Below are positions 30,871-44,794 of a stretch of DNA of 64,000 nucleotides, piece after piece; positions within the stretch are counted from its first letter, which is position 1; each line of letters begins with the position of its first letter. The notes below the pieces were generated by a model, which saw nothing but the letters and a program-made list of their open reading frames with translations, was not told the DNA's origin and made no database searches. The stretch is taken from NCBI RefSeq assembly GCF_009914755.1, contig NC_060933.1; one strand, written 5' to 3'. A program made the translations under genes and the position numbers. The stretch is from the human T2T-CHM13v2.0 reference genome, Homo sapiens.

Positions 30871-31655
30871 TGTATCAGTTATTTATGAGGCAAAACTAAC
30901 AACCCCACAACTTGGAGCTTAACACAATAATTGTATGATTCTGGGGGTTGGGAATTTAACTGGCTTTGCCTGGGGTCACTCAGTCTGCTGTAACCATTTG
31001 AAGGCTCAACTGTGGCTAGGTAGTCTTACATGTAGGGTATTCCAGTTTCCATTACTTTTTTTTTTTCTGTCCTGACTGAGAAATAGAAAGTGTCTTCGCC
31101 AACTCTCTTACCTGTCCAGGCAGCACATCTGATGTCCATTGTGAGGATGTGCTGCAGCCTCCCTCTGTATGTAAGTTCTATGAATAAATGCTTTGGACTG
31201 GTCGCCCTGGAGTTTAGTGCTTCTTTCTTTGGAATCCTAACTGGTCCCATCTAGGAAAGGTCTGGGGAATTTCACTGTGGGAATTGCCCTGCTGCCACTT
31301 TTAGGGTGACTCCAGCTGCTGGCTGCAGGAGGAAACATGTTCTCATAAACATATGTGGAGTTGGTGCTGGCTGAGTTCCATACGCATGGGTCTTTCATCC
31401 TCAAGGAAGCTAGCCCAGAATTCCTTACACGGGGCTATCAGAGTAGAAAGAGTTGGGATTAAATGTGATAACACCACTAAAGGCCCAACCTTATCATCTC
31501 TGCTGCATTTTATAAGTTAAATTAAGTCACAAATCCAGCTCAGATTCAATGGGATGGAGAATATATTCCACCCTTGGAAGAGAGCTATTATAATATCACT
31601 TTTAAAAGGAAGTGTGCATGCGAGGAATTTGTAGCATGTTTTGCAATGTTCCACA
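30871..31655 (-). mobile_element. MLT1 (G/H-like) MaLR LTR
   Basis: tgtatcagttattt...caaccccacaacttggagctta...gtcacaaatccagctcagattcaa...ttttgcaatgttccaca. Confidence 0.8.
31062..31337 (+). mobile_element. ERVL LTR47-like solo LTR (internally shortened), nested in MLT1
   Basis: ctgtcctgactgagaaa...tgtaagttctatgaataaatgctttggactggtcgccctggagtttagtgcttctttc...ggtgactccagc...gaaaca, with an internal polyA signal and a ..CA terminus. Family name is from memory. Confidence 0.7.
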
Positions 31656-32126
31656 ACATGCAGCAGGACAAACAGGAATCCTGCCCTCACAGAAAGCAGT
31701 AATGAAGAAAGGCAAGCAAAGAAACAACGGCTGTAAAAAAAAATATTTTAAAAGGGCAATTACAAGGCACTATAAGAAAATACAGAAGTATATCACTAAA
31801 TTTTCTGAGAAATCAAAACATTCTTTCTAGAAAAATCATATATAAACCAAGACTCAAAGAAGGAGTAGGAGTTAGTTTGGCAAGGAATGAGGGAATGGGA
31901 GAGAGAGTTTTCTGAATTAAAGGTACAGCAGGGTATGCATAAAGGCCTGGAAACAAAACAGAGCACGGAAGAGAAAGCAAGAGGATGTTCACTGCAAGGA
32001 GGATCAGAAAATGGAGGTAAGAGATAAAAAGAGGACACCAGAATCCAAAGACCAACGACATTCTGTTAAAGAGTTGAGCTCTGAGAATTAGGAGAAGCTG
32101 CCAACAGATTAGAAAAGTCAAAGTGG

Positions 32127-32783
<657 letters not shown>

Positions 32784-34338
32784 AAAAGTCAAAGTGGTGT
32801 TCAGATCAGCATTTTAGAAAAACAACTCAAGATGCAGTTGTACAACGTGAGGTTTATGAGTCTAGCAACAAAATAAGTAGGCTGCTGAAGTAATACACAG
32901 GGTATGGGGTTTACCTGTGGCCAGCAGCCTCTCTAAGTAAATGTGAATCTAACTAAGGCACCAGTTAACTATTGTTACTGGGAATAAGAAAAAGCAATAA
33001 AATAGTATGATATCCCTTTATTTAGTCAATGTAAGACAAGTTGCCAGAGGAGATTGGACCACTTCACTAATAATTGGCCTCTCAACTTTTTGGATGCCAG
33101 TAATTACAAAATAAATAAATAAATAAATAAAAATCAGGACTCAAGACTGTTAATAACATCAGGCTGAAAATTTATGTGACACTTTTTCATAAGATATGCT
33201 CATTTGAATAAGAAAGAAATGATGTTTTACTCATTTGGAGAATTAACACAAAAAGTTAGGGGTAAATTAAAATATAATTTTTACCTCTGAGAAATATATT
33301 AATATCAGTGAATCAATTTCCTTAAAAACAAAAAATATATATTCTATTTTATTTTTCTTTCTTATAAAACCAATTTATAAAACTAATACAAATGACAGAC
33401 ATTGCTTTAAGTATTAATTACTGCTACAGCTACTACTAATAATATAGAAATTAAAGGGTTCCTGGAGAGGCTAATGCTATTTTATGCATTTACAAATTGA
33501 AAGAAGGAATTGTAAGGGTAATTGAGCTCAGGAGAAGGGAAAAAATGCCTGCAATTTCCAGTCTTCTATATATTCCTGCAACACATTCCAAACTTTAGTT
33601 TTCTAAAAATGGAAAACCATCCCACACACAAACTAAGTTTTTAGATATCCCTATACTTTGTTTGTATTGCTCTCTTTCCCCCAAATGTCCATCAAAATAT
33701 ACTTGATCAGAGGGTTGCTTAGTGACCCTCTCGTTCCACTTCCTCTGATAATCTTTCTATGATTTCCCCAGGCTCTCAGTGACTTCCTCAGTGTTCTCAT
33801 AGTATTTTTTAAATGTACAATTGCAGTAGCAGTAGTAGGAAGCATTTATGACATTGTTCTTAGCTATTTGCTTATTTTTCTTTTCTTCTCTATATGACTT
33901 CGTCAAAACTACTTAGATGTTTTCTTTTCATTAGTTTCTAGTAGAAATATCAAAGTATAAGTTCCCAAGACTCACTGAACGGTGTGTCTGCAAAGCTGAT
34001 GATGGTGGTTAGCAAATCACAGGTACTGGTTGAATTATTAGAAATTGTTTTGTTGGTAATCAAATGAATACTTGAAGAAAGATGGATGAAACAACTAAGA
34101 GTAGGACCTTAGCCAAGGCCTGTGATACATATTTTATCATAACTGAACCTTTTGTGAATTCCAGAAGAAACTTTGTGAAAAGTATCAAGAGTAATGACCC
34201 TTAGGTTGAATGAGCTGCTGCCATTTTTGTTTTTAAATAGGCAGATACCTACAGCACTGTGAAAGGAAGTGAAGATTTTTGGAGTGTCACTGAATAAACG
34301 GAGCTCACTTAATTGCCTGAGATGTTATGTAAAAACTC

Positions 34339-34489
34339 TGTAGTTGTTTCATATGGCTGCTGTAAGAAAATTGCCACACACTTGGTAGCTTAATACAACA
34401 GAAATTTATTCTTTCACAGTTCTGGAGGCCAGAACCCAAATGAGTATCACTGGGTAGAAGTCAAAGTATTGGCAAGGTCACGATCCAGG
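34339..34489 (-). mobile_element. MLT1 (B/C-like) LTR fragment, truncated
   Basis: ggctgctgtaagaaaattgccacacacttggtagcttaatacaacagaaatttattctttcacagttctggaggccagaa. Confidence 0.85.
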
Positions 34490-36361
34490 AAAAAAAAAAA
34501 AAAAAAAAAAAAAAGCTGTTACATTTTATCACTACATTCCTTCCTTTAAAAAATCTTATAGACACAGACCAACAACTTAGTGGTTTCAATAGGAGGACAG
34601 TGATGGTACTTAGATCAAAATGTTTTCTGCACTATTCAAATGACTGTGCTCTCAAATTGGGTAAGATTTACATAGGAAGACCAGAGACATTGAACCTGGT
34701 CTTTTATATCCCTCACTAGCTTCCAAATCCTAACCTTGCTCTCAGATTATGAAAACACATGCTTGGAAAGGAATAGCTCAACTAGAGAGAGATAACCACT
34801 TTCTATGGATCTCAGTAGACAAAAATAAGCTTAGCCTGAAACCAATGTTAATGAGGATTTCAGAATCACAAGAGCAAAACGGTACAATAGGGACGTGTGA
34901 GTCTACACTTATGATTCTAAGAAGGATAACAGCCTAAAGCTTCCTAAGCAGGGAGACATCTACCTTATTTCCCAAGAGCTCTATGAATTGAGTTCCAAAA
35001 TCATCATGAAAATCCTTTTCTAGTATTTAAGTATTTTCCCTTTTCCTTGTATAAAATCCAAATTTCCCTTATTACAGTATAGGCCAATTTTGTTTCTTCT
35101 TCAGCAGGTATGTTCAGCCAAAAATAGCTTTGTCAATTTCCAGATTTTTCAATTTCCCATTCCCTCCTTTATCAACCCCCTTCCCCGTTAAATGATCTCT
35201 GGTCTTTAGAGACTCTATTATTGTCATTTTATCTTTTTTTTTCCTTTTTAAACTTTTATGTAGTTTATGTAAGGTTTTACATAAGTTACATTTCCAGGTT
35301 CTTTTCCTGAAAATTTTTACTTTATTTATGACTTTTTAAACTTGACCTGGGGAAAAAAATTCTACTCAGACATCCCACCTAGACTGTGTTTAAAACCTAA
35401 AGCCTCTGTGTGCGGTTGGGCTGGGATGAAGGAGATAGAGTAGGATCTAGTAAAGAAGTACAGACTTGCAGATTACCCATGAGAGGTCGAGAGTTAAATA
35501 AAGTACTAGCATGGGAACAGAGTAATTGTCAAAAGGCAAACAAATGTAAAAGCGGGGGTGGGAGGGAACCAACACCTTTGAGTATTGGCAGTATTTTGTG
35601 AACGGATACAGGAATGAGGGTTGTTCCCAGTTTTAAAATGTCAAGATACAGTGTTTCTGAATGCATTCAAAAAGATTCTTTTCAGGATGCCAATAACCTG
35701 TTACAGAATTTCTTTGTAAGATTCTATTAGCACTTCTTCTTGTAGCAAAGGTTCTCCTATTTTGGGTAACACGTATGGTATCTGGAAAGAGTTTTAGGAA
35801 AGCAATTGAATATTTCAGATACAAAAAGTAATATATCTTTAAACTACTTTAAATAATAAATAACTTGGCACTCATATGTGCACTGACGAAGAAAAAATGC
35901 AAAATTTTAAAAATTAAATTAAGGAAACATAGAATCACATGCTTTGTTAGATGCTCCGAAACACGTTCCATTATAACTGTTAAAGTGATCAACTATTGCT
36001 GTGCTCAAAGTTAGAACAAAGAACAATAAACTGAAAATTCTCCCGTTCACCTATTTATGTTCACCTCTTTCTCCAAAGTACTTCTAAAATAAATGATAAC
36101 ACCCAAATACGTACTCAGTATTCAAAGCAACGTTTAGCCAAAATACAATTTTGGAGGAATAAAATCAGTCACCAATGTAATTTTTCAATACTTAGCTTAT
36201 CATTGATGCCTCTTCCCATCGTGCTTCTCACTTTATCCTCTTTATTCTGGACTGTCCCTTATCAGAATTTACCCTAGTTACTCTCATTTTAGAAAATATC
36301 AAATACATTAATCCACAGGAAGCAAATTAACTACCATTTGCTGAGCATCATATAGCTATTC

Positions 36362-36415
<54 letters not shown>
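36362..36415. repeat. (AT)n(AG)n compound microsatellite
   Basis: About 14 AT units followed by about 13 AG units. Confidence 0.97.
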
Positions 36416-36784
36416 CTATTCACATTCATATTTTGTAATTGGCAGAATGGCTGTTAGAGATTATATAATTATAAAGTGAGAATTGTTTATTGATCAGGAA
36501 TCTGAGGTTGAAAGATGTTAAATTCTTTGCAAGATCATACAACCGTTATATGTTTGAATTACTCCTATTCTGGTTCAGTCTGTTAACACATGAACCTACC
36601 TCATACCCACTTCAGCCATATCACATATGCTAATAGAAGCACTATAAATTATTTCTCCTATGTAAAACTAAATCTAAAAATACTTCCCACACAATTACAT
36701 TGGTTACAATGTTCAAAGAACGTGAACATTAAAGAGAATATGAAAATATTTTTCTATATCTTAATAATTTTTCTAGTTCCATTG

Positions 36785-36886
36785 ATTACAACAGCTGACA
36801 TTTACTAAAGGCTTACAGTATTTCAAACACTCTTCTATACTTTTTAAGGATCATTTCCTTTCACAGCCACAACTCTAATGAGATGT
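36785..36886 (-). mobile_element. MIR, part 1 (continues inverted at ~37240-37315)
   Basis: acagctgacatttactaaaggcttac...tttcacagccacaactctaatgagatg. The continuation ttaacatctctatgtctcactttcctcatttggaaaagg lies on the + strand inside the inversion. Confidence 0.7.
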
Positions 36887-37573
<687 letters not shown>

Positions 37574-37607
37574 GGCCAGACGCCGTGGCTCACGCCTGTG
37601 ATCCCAG
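37574..37607 (+). mobile_element. Isolated Alu 5' head (34 bp)
   Basis: ggccagacgccgtggctcacgcctgtgatcccag matches Alu nt 1-34. Confidence 0.9.
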
Positions 37608-37824
37608 GTCAACTTTAGTATAAGGTATAATTTATCCCTCTGTCATCCAACCATCTATTTCTTACCTGCACCAAAAATAATTCAAGGTTATTTGCAAAGA
37701 TAGATATGGTACCAAATAAGATAAAAAAATAAATAAAGCAGTAAAGAAGCCGTGGGGAAGGGTGGAGGAGATGAAGCCTGAAATAATTTAATTATCAAAT
37801 TAAGCTAGATTCCATACAAGATTC

Positions 37825-38200
37825 TAGTCACAAATAAAAAGAGACAAACTTGATGTATCTACCAACACGGATGAATTACAAAACACTATGTTAAGTAAAA
37901 GTAGCCAGACATGAAAAAACTATAACTTGTATGATTCCATTTGTACTACTTTGTTGAAAAGGCAAATCAGTGATAAAAATGAAATCAGTGGTTTCCAAGG
38001 ACTGGACTGGAAGTGGAGGAGGGGGATTGACTATAGAAAGGCAAGAAAGAACTCTACGGGGGATGAAAATATTTCATAACTAGATTGTGGTAGTTCTTTC
38101 TATACACTTATAGAAATATGAGACTATATACACTTATCAAAAATCATTGAACTTTAATGCATGGACTTTATTGTACATAAATAATGGTTTAATAATATGA
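37825..38200 (+). mobile_element. L1ME/L1MB 3' end
   Basis: caacacggatgaattacaaaacactatgttaagtaaaagtagccagac...tgtatgattccattt...gatgaaaatatttcataactagattgtggt. Confidence 0.8.
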
Positions 38201-38430
38201 CATAAAGTACAATATCTTGCTACACTGTTTAGCTGAGGATCACCATTTCTCTCTGAGTTTTGTAAACCCAGTGTAAAGATTGACATATAATCAGTTACAA
38301 GATCTTTGATGTCACTAATAAGAGGACCTCACTCATAACATTTTCACTTGAATAATAAATTTGTCAATATATGTAAAGTGCTTTGAAAACATCTGGCACA
38401 AATTAAGTGCCAGAAGTATTAGTTCCCACT
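38200..38430 (+). mobile_element. MIR
   Basis: tatgtaaagtgctttgaaaacatctggcacaaattaagtgc matches the MIR 3' end. Confidence 0.55.
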
Positions 38431-38749
38431 ACCATGACTCTTAAATTACATTCTTAGGTCACCTGAACATCCGTCGAAAGACAAAATGTTATGTAACACC
38501 CCTCTGCATAGACTCTGGGTACTCTTTTAATGCCTTATCATTTCCTATAAGAAAAGACAGCAAATGCTAATTCATTATAGTAAGGTGACAAATTAGTATT
38601 AAAATTGTACTATATTTAAAGGAATTGCCTTCAAGGGAAAATTCATATGAAAAAAGTGAGAATAATTCAACCCTACAGTCTGAATATAATACATCATGGT
38701 AGGCATAGTTACCTCAGGGTTAAAATATACATAAAACAAACAAACATAG

Positions 38750-39111
38750 TGCAGTGGACTGAATGTTTGCATACCCCCAGAATTTACATGTCAGCATCCT
38801 AACCTGTAAAGTGATAGTGTTCAGAAGTGGGGCTCTTAGGAAGTGATTAGGCCACATGGGCACCTCCACTATGAATAGGACTAGTGTTTTTATAAATGAA
38901 AAGCATTTTCACTTGCCCTTCTGCTAAGTGAGGTTACAGTGAAGAAGATGGTCCTCTATGAACAAAGAAGATGGCCCTCATCGGAACCTGACCATGCTGG
39001 CACGCTGATCTCAGATTTTCAGGCCCCAGAACTCTGAGAAATAAATTTCTGTTCTTTATAAGCCCCCTAGTTTATGCTGTTTTGTTATAGGCACCTTAAT
39101 GAACTAAGATG
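38750..39111 (+). mobile_element. MLT1A/MSTD-like MaLR solo LTR
   Basis: tgcagtggactgaatgtttgc...ggaagtgattagg...ctgatctcagattttcaggccccagaactctgagaaataaatttctgttctttataagcc...gaactaagat. Confidence 0.88.
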
Positions 39112-41589
39112 CACAGGAGTAGAAATAAAACTGTATCGTGTTGCCAAACAGTCAAGAGTTTGAAGTTGAAAGACTGCCACTCTGCACCCCCACCCCACCA
39201 CTCCCTTTTGGCTCTAGCCTGACCTTTCCTCTTTTGATGCATTCTGTTTATGATAACTTACTTTTACTTTGGATAAGACAGAGAATCTAATTATAAATTT
39301 AGTCAATGAGAAAACTGGGTAGGAATTAAACTGAGTTTAAAATATGACAGCAGCCATTTATACCGAGGATGTGAATGGATTCCAACAGAATAGAAATGTG
39401 AGATCATTCCCTTTAATAGAATTGCTTTCCTTTCTCTTACAAGACATTAAAAACTTTGCTTGGACAATGCAACAGGAGGCATTACTCCCTATATAATTTT
39501 ATCATATTTTTCCTCTTAGCAAATTCATGCTTTACTTATTACAGGGAACTATATCTCTGTAAGAAATAAGAGGTACGTTTTGACTGTCTTTACATTGAAC
39601 AAATCAGCCCTTTGAAAGGGTCAGTGGTCTTATATAACACAGTTAGGCACAGAGAGATACAAGAATCAAAGAATGTATTTCACCAGTAGGTAGTGTTAGA
39701 AGCTTCAGGAAAAGCAGAGTCCTGAATGCTGATAGGGGAAGGCTGAGATATGCAGTTTATAGAGAAGAATTTTTATTCAGAGTCCTGGTAGGCCATGGGA
39801 GGGATGGGTCTGTAAGGCAGTTATAGAGGAGAAAGAGAACAGAGAAGTAAGTAGAGCAAGAACAAGCACTCAGATCTGTAAGCAAAGACCCAAAAATAGC
39901 TTTCAGATAAGGTTGATGGCATCTCAGAATGTTAATGAAATATAACTTAATACTTCTATGAAGTATAAGCCATGCTTCCTACTTGAAAATTTTTTTAAAC
40001 ATTGAAATTATTTTCAACCTAGAGATAATTTAATCTTTTAAAATTGTTTCTTCTATTCATATAGTTTTTAAAAGCTTCTCTATTAAATAGAAGAATAAAT
40101 CTTTCTTCTAATACATATCTAACACTAAAATTAGTACTTTCATATTGTATATATAATGATACCCATTGTTTTCCTTAAAAAGAGAAATAGTTGGAAGGAT
40201 GAACCTCATGCAAATTAAAGCTATAAGAAGAACTAACAACAAGAATGAATCTCACAGAAATGCATCACTATATAGTTGAGGGGAAAGAATAGGTACAGTA
40301 TGATAATTTCTAGTGTAGCAACACTGACAGGTCAGAGTATATGCTGTGAAAAACAGGAGTAGTGGTCAGGCATGAATGATAGTGCCTGAAAGGAAGATGG
40401 AGTTAGGCAGCATCTTACAACCATTGGCCAAGTATGAGCAGCAGTAACAAATGGAGTACAGTAATAGAAGCTGAAAGTTGTAATGATTGCCTGAAGAGGC
40501 GGGTCAAAAAAAGATTCACAGGACATTTGATGCCTGAAGGCATTAGCATTATGGGCATAATTGGAAAAAATGAGAAGCAGGATCCATTACAGGACTGTTA
40601 GAGGCAAGGACAAAGGTAACATTGAAAGGATAAAATGAAATTTCATTTTTACTGATGGTGGTTAATCAAAACCTTGGAAGCAGATAAACAACTGAAAAGG
40701 TTTACTTAATATCATACCTATTCTGCAGTAGATTAATAAGCCTTTTTAGTTCTCCAAGATAGAAAAATGAATCCATTATTCCCAGTGATAATTTATTTTA
40801 TCATATGTTTCTTTACAAAATTGGCTTAAATATTACCGTTGTAAATGTATGAGATGAGATTTATATTTAATTGCTCATTGTATACAAGTTGACAATAAAA
40901 AGACACATGTTAAAGAGGCTTAGGGGTCACTTTTTTCAGAATTGTCCTTTTAAACTTTGAATGGTTCAAATTTTGCTAAGTGATGTTCACAGAGTTATGA
41001 GAAGACAATCCCTTATGTTGGCATAAGATACCTACACAGAATTTTCTTTTTCCTAATTCTTTCCAAATTCTTTTTTTTTTTCTTCAGGCTTTCAAATCCT
41101 CTTTCATGGTATAGAAGAGAGATCACATTCTGGCACTTCTTAGGAGTGGATGCAGTACTCACAATATGCTCTATTCGAACTGATTCTTATTTATTTTATA
41201 ATGTATATTTCCTCGTATATTTGTTAAAAAACAATATATGGTCTAAGGCATTCTATTTCTTACCGTAATTACTTAGTGTATAGTTAGTTCTTTCTAATAT
41301 ATGACAATTCTCACTGAGAAATCAGATTTTGACTATTCGTACTCCTACAAATGACCTACGTATAATGATAGGAGAAACTTGTCCACAATCAGTATTAACA
41401 GATCAATGTTTATGGGAAGTTTGACAGTACTCACATGATACCTGCCCACCTCTGTTCTTTATTCTGTCGTGAAAACTTTAGGCATCAGGCACTCTTGCTT
41501 TATCTTCTAATCAAAACAGAGACCAGGAATTAGAAACAGTGAGAACCCCCTGTGTTTCAAGAAATGGGTGAGGGCTCTGTACAGGTCAT

Positions 41590-41790
41590 CTTATATATTT
41601 CTCTTAATCACCTAGGAAGTTAAATATTATATTATTCTCATTTCTCAGATGTGGATAATATAATATTTATTACTTAAGAATAGATACCACATAGCTTCCC
41701 TTAAGACACAAAACCAGGAAGGAGCAAATCTGAATTTCCAACCCACCCAAGTCTGATTCCAAAGCCCGGATCCACCAGATCATTTTGCAC
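41590..41790 (-). mobile_element. MIR
   Basis: attattctcatttctcagatgtgg...ttcccttaagacaca...caagtctgattccaaagccc. Confidence 0.65.
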
Positions 41791-41910
41791 ATTGGTTCAT
41801 GTTTTTGATCTCCTATCTTTCCAACAAAACTATAAACATTGATATCATTAAAGTAAAAAGATGGAGGCAATACCAACATAACTACCACTTAACACAAGTA
41901 CATGGGCACT

Positions 41911-41948
41911 CGCGCGCACACACGCACACACACACACACACACACACA
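41911..41948. repeat. (CG)3(CA)n microsatellite
   Basis: cgcgcgcacacacgcacacacacacacacacacacaca. Confidence 0.95.
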
Positions 41949-42308
41949 TCCTTCATACTGAGGAAATAACAAATATATTTCAAAGATTATTTTAAGTTAG
42001 AATTAAAATACAATTATTTATCCTAGCATACTAAGGTTTTTTACTGTTTTTCTTCTATATAGATGTGTAAAAATTTTATATCATGTAATATTAGTGATCA
42101 ACACATTTTGTGACGTGCAATATGTACTTCTGAACCCTTGAAAGACTCATGCTTTCTTTTACCTCCCTCTTGTTTCAGTAATTCACCTCTTTGACATAAT
42201 GCTAATTAACAAAGAGACCAAGAAAAATTGTCTTTCTAAGTATCTATCCATCTATTTTTTAAATCTGTTTCCCATAGACTGATAAGCTGACTGGTATAAC
42301 ATATAGAT

Positions 42309-42524
42309 CAGTGGTTTTCAACTGGGAAATTTTTTTCCACCCAGGGCAAATTTGGTAATATGTGCAGACTTTTTTTATTGTCACAACTATGGAGGAGAGA
42401 AGGAAGATGCTATTGACAGTTAATAGAGGCCAGGAATGCTGCTAAACATTAAACAAGGCATAAGACAGTCCCCAAGAAGAAAGAATTATCTAGGCCAAAA
42501 TATTAATAGTGCAGTTGAAAAACG
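42309..42524 (+). mobile_element. MER20 hAT-Charlie DNA transposon
   Basis: cagtggttttcaactggg...ttgtcacaact...agaggccaggaatgctgctaaacat...aaagaattatctaggccaaaatattaatagtgc. Confidence 0.88.
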
Positions 42525-42589
42525 AAATGCTAGATGTTTACATCATTTAAGAAAGAGAAGACCATATGACTGACTACCTTTCATGGCTA

Positions 42590-43960
42590 TCCAGTTACAT
42601 TACAACAAAGGAAACACATTAACAGAGTTTCTCAAGAAGGCAAATAAACAGAATCACAAAGACATATTCTCAAGGGGAGTTATTGCAGAAAGGACTTAGA
42701 AGTAAACAGTTACAATCATGCAGAGGAAGGGGATGAAAAACATTTGCAGAATGTTATAGCTAAGATGCTACTTATTTGTTCAATTTATTGGTAGAATTTT
42801 ACCTGAGGAAAAATATAAACATAAATTGATGTCAATTGAAAGCATCTAGCATATTTGCAAAGGATGGTTGTAAAATACTAAGAAGAACCAGGAAACTAAG
42901 TAAACTTCCTTTTTAATTTTTGGTAAATAAAAACAAGTTTGCATTTATTAATCATGAGTCATTGGCACCTAGAAATAAAAGACACAGCTTATATACTCAC
43001 ACAGCTAACTGGATAGAGAGGGAGAAATCACAATTATTCTAAAGCATAATGAATAATTATATCCAATGATCATAGCCTTGGAGTTACAAAATGTTTGGAG
43101 TTATAAAAATGGTACGGAAAATGGCACATCTGACTCTTGCTTGGAAAAGACAGTGCAATGGTGAAAGAAAACAATACATACTCCAATGCTTCTGTGAAGG
43201 AAACCATTTCAACATGGAACATTTTGAATGAACATAGTATAAAAAGCCATAAAGGTGTGAAACATTGATTTAGAAAATCTGATAAGATAAAGTCACTTAA
43301 AAGAAATATGTACAAATGTGTTAGTTATGGCATTAGTTATAATGATAAAAAGGTGGTTTTCAAAATTTGAAAAAAATCTATCCAAATGTAAATTGGCATA
43401 CTTAAAGTCCTTCAACATTGGCAAATGTTTAAAGCATAGATCTTGCTAGATGAATAAAACAAGTTACAAATGATTTTATAATATAATGTCATTTTAGGAT
43501 AAAGTGTAATGTGCTATGTATGCATAGGAGTATATTTAATTGTCATCTTTTTAAAGGCTGAATAATATTCCATTAAATAAGTGTGCATATATATGTGTGT
43601 GTGTGCATGTGTGTGTGTATATGAATTTTCTTTATCTGTTTTATTTCTTGATAGACAATTATTTTGCTTCCATATCTTAGGTATTGTGAATAATGCAAGG
43701 TGCTGGATATGTTAATTAGCTTGATTGAATCATTCAACAAAGCAAACATATATGTAAGCATCACATTGTATCCCATGAATGTATGCGATTATGATTTGTC
43801 AACCATAAATAACATTTTAAGAACAAATACATTGAAAATACATCAAAATCTGATTTTTGAAATAAGAAATCTTAACAGTTGTTAAATTTGAGAGGTACAA
43901 TTTTCAGTAAACTTTTTTTTTTCCAGTGTGTTTTTCTACGTTCTCCAAGTTTTCTACACA
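42590..43960 (+). mobile_element. Old L1ME 3' region (host of the L1MA insert)
   Basis: attttacctgaggaaaaat...tttattaatcatgag...gttacaaatgattttataatataatgtcatttt...ttctccaagttttctaca. Confidence 0.55.
43540..43820. mobile_element. Short L1MA insert: antisense piece (43540-43697) joined to a sense 3' terminus (43698-43820)
   Basis: Minus: aaggctgaataatattccatt...gcttccatatcttaggtattgtgaataatgc. Plus: gtgctggatatgttaattagcttgatt...catcacattgtatcccatgaat...tttgtcaa. Confidence 0.8.
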
Positions 43961-44079
43961 GATCAGGCCACGTCTGAATTATTGTTTTCAATTATTTGGC
44001 AACATGTTTTCCAATATATTTTGAACAGTTGATCATTCAGATGAAAGAAATAAGAACAGTGAGAAAACTGTATGTGTTT

Positions 44080-44455
44080 TCAAATAGAGGCTGTTTAGGC
44101 TGAGAAAGAGAAGCTCAATGAAGTAAATGGTAGCTGCCCTCAAATTTCTACAGTGCTTTTATATTCAAAGGAATTTAGTAAAATATATGCTGCTCTTGAG
44201 AACAAAACCTTAGCCTCCAAAAGAGAGCTTACATAAAGAGAGTTTGGGCTTATTACAAAAATAACATTCTAATAATACAGTCATAGCATCCTCAGATTTC
44301 TTGGAAAGCAGGAGCCCCCCCACAACCAGGAGTTTCAAACAGAGGCTACTGACCTTCTGCCTGTCATGTTATTGAACAGATTCCAGCTTTTGGTGGGAAT
44401 TGCATCGAGATAACCTTAGTCTAAGGTGCTTTTCCCACTTCCAAATGCTGTTGTA
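44080..44455 (+). mobile_element. L3/CR1 LINE 3' fragment
   Basis: gctgtttaggctgagaaagagaagctc...gtagctgccctcaaat...ggagtttcaaacagaggct...gataacct...cttttccc. Confidence 0.65.
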
Positions 44456-44685
44456 AGTACAGGGCTGGCATTAGAAAGGATACTAAATAAAATGAAAAAA
44501 AAAAACTTTGCATCTTTTTATTTAGCTGTCATGATTGTTTGCATTTCTTTTTTCAACATGTGCATTTCTTCAAATTATCCTATGTTTCATGATTTAAATA
44601 GTCATTTAGGAAGTTAAAAGGGCTGACTTGAGGGGTGCTTCAAATGCCATAGCACCTGGATGCCTACTTATAAAAATTATATGGA

Positions 44686-44710
44686 TATATATATATATAT
44701 ATATATATAT
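44686..44710. repeat. (TA)n microsatellite
   Basis: About 12 TA units. Confidence 0.95.
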
Positions 44711-44794
44711 GCACCAGTGAATAGTTAATATGTGTTAATTATATGTCAATGTATGATGCAGTTTGATCTTTCACAAGTGGCCTAACCTAAAACT

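Noticed and set aside
35258-35291. Short G-U hairpin as a possible pre-miRNA
   Set aside because: Only ~34 nt and very AU-rich; too short for a pre-miRNA.
41041-41270. Strong polypyrimidine tract plus CAG acceptor (similar case near 29253)
   Set aside because: No matching donor or recognisable peptide; T-rich tracts are frequent here.
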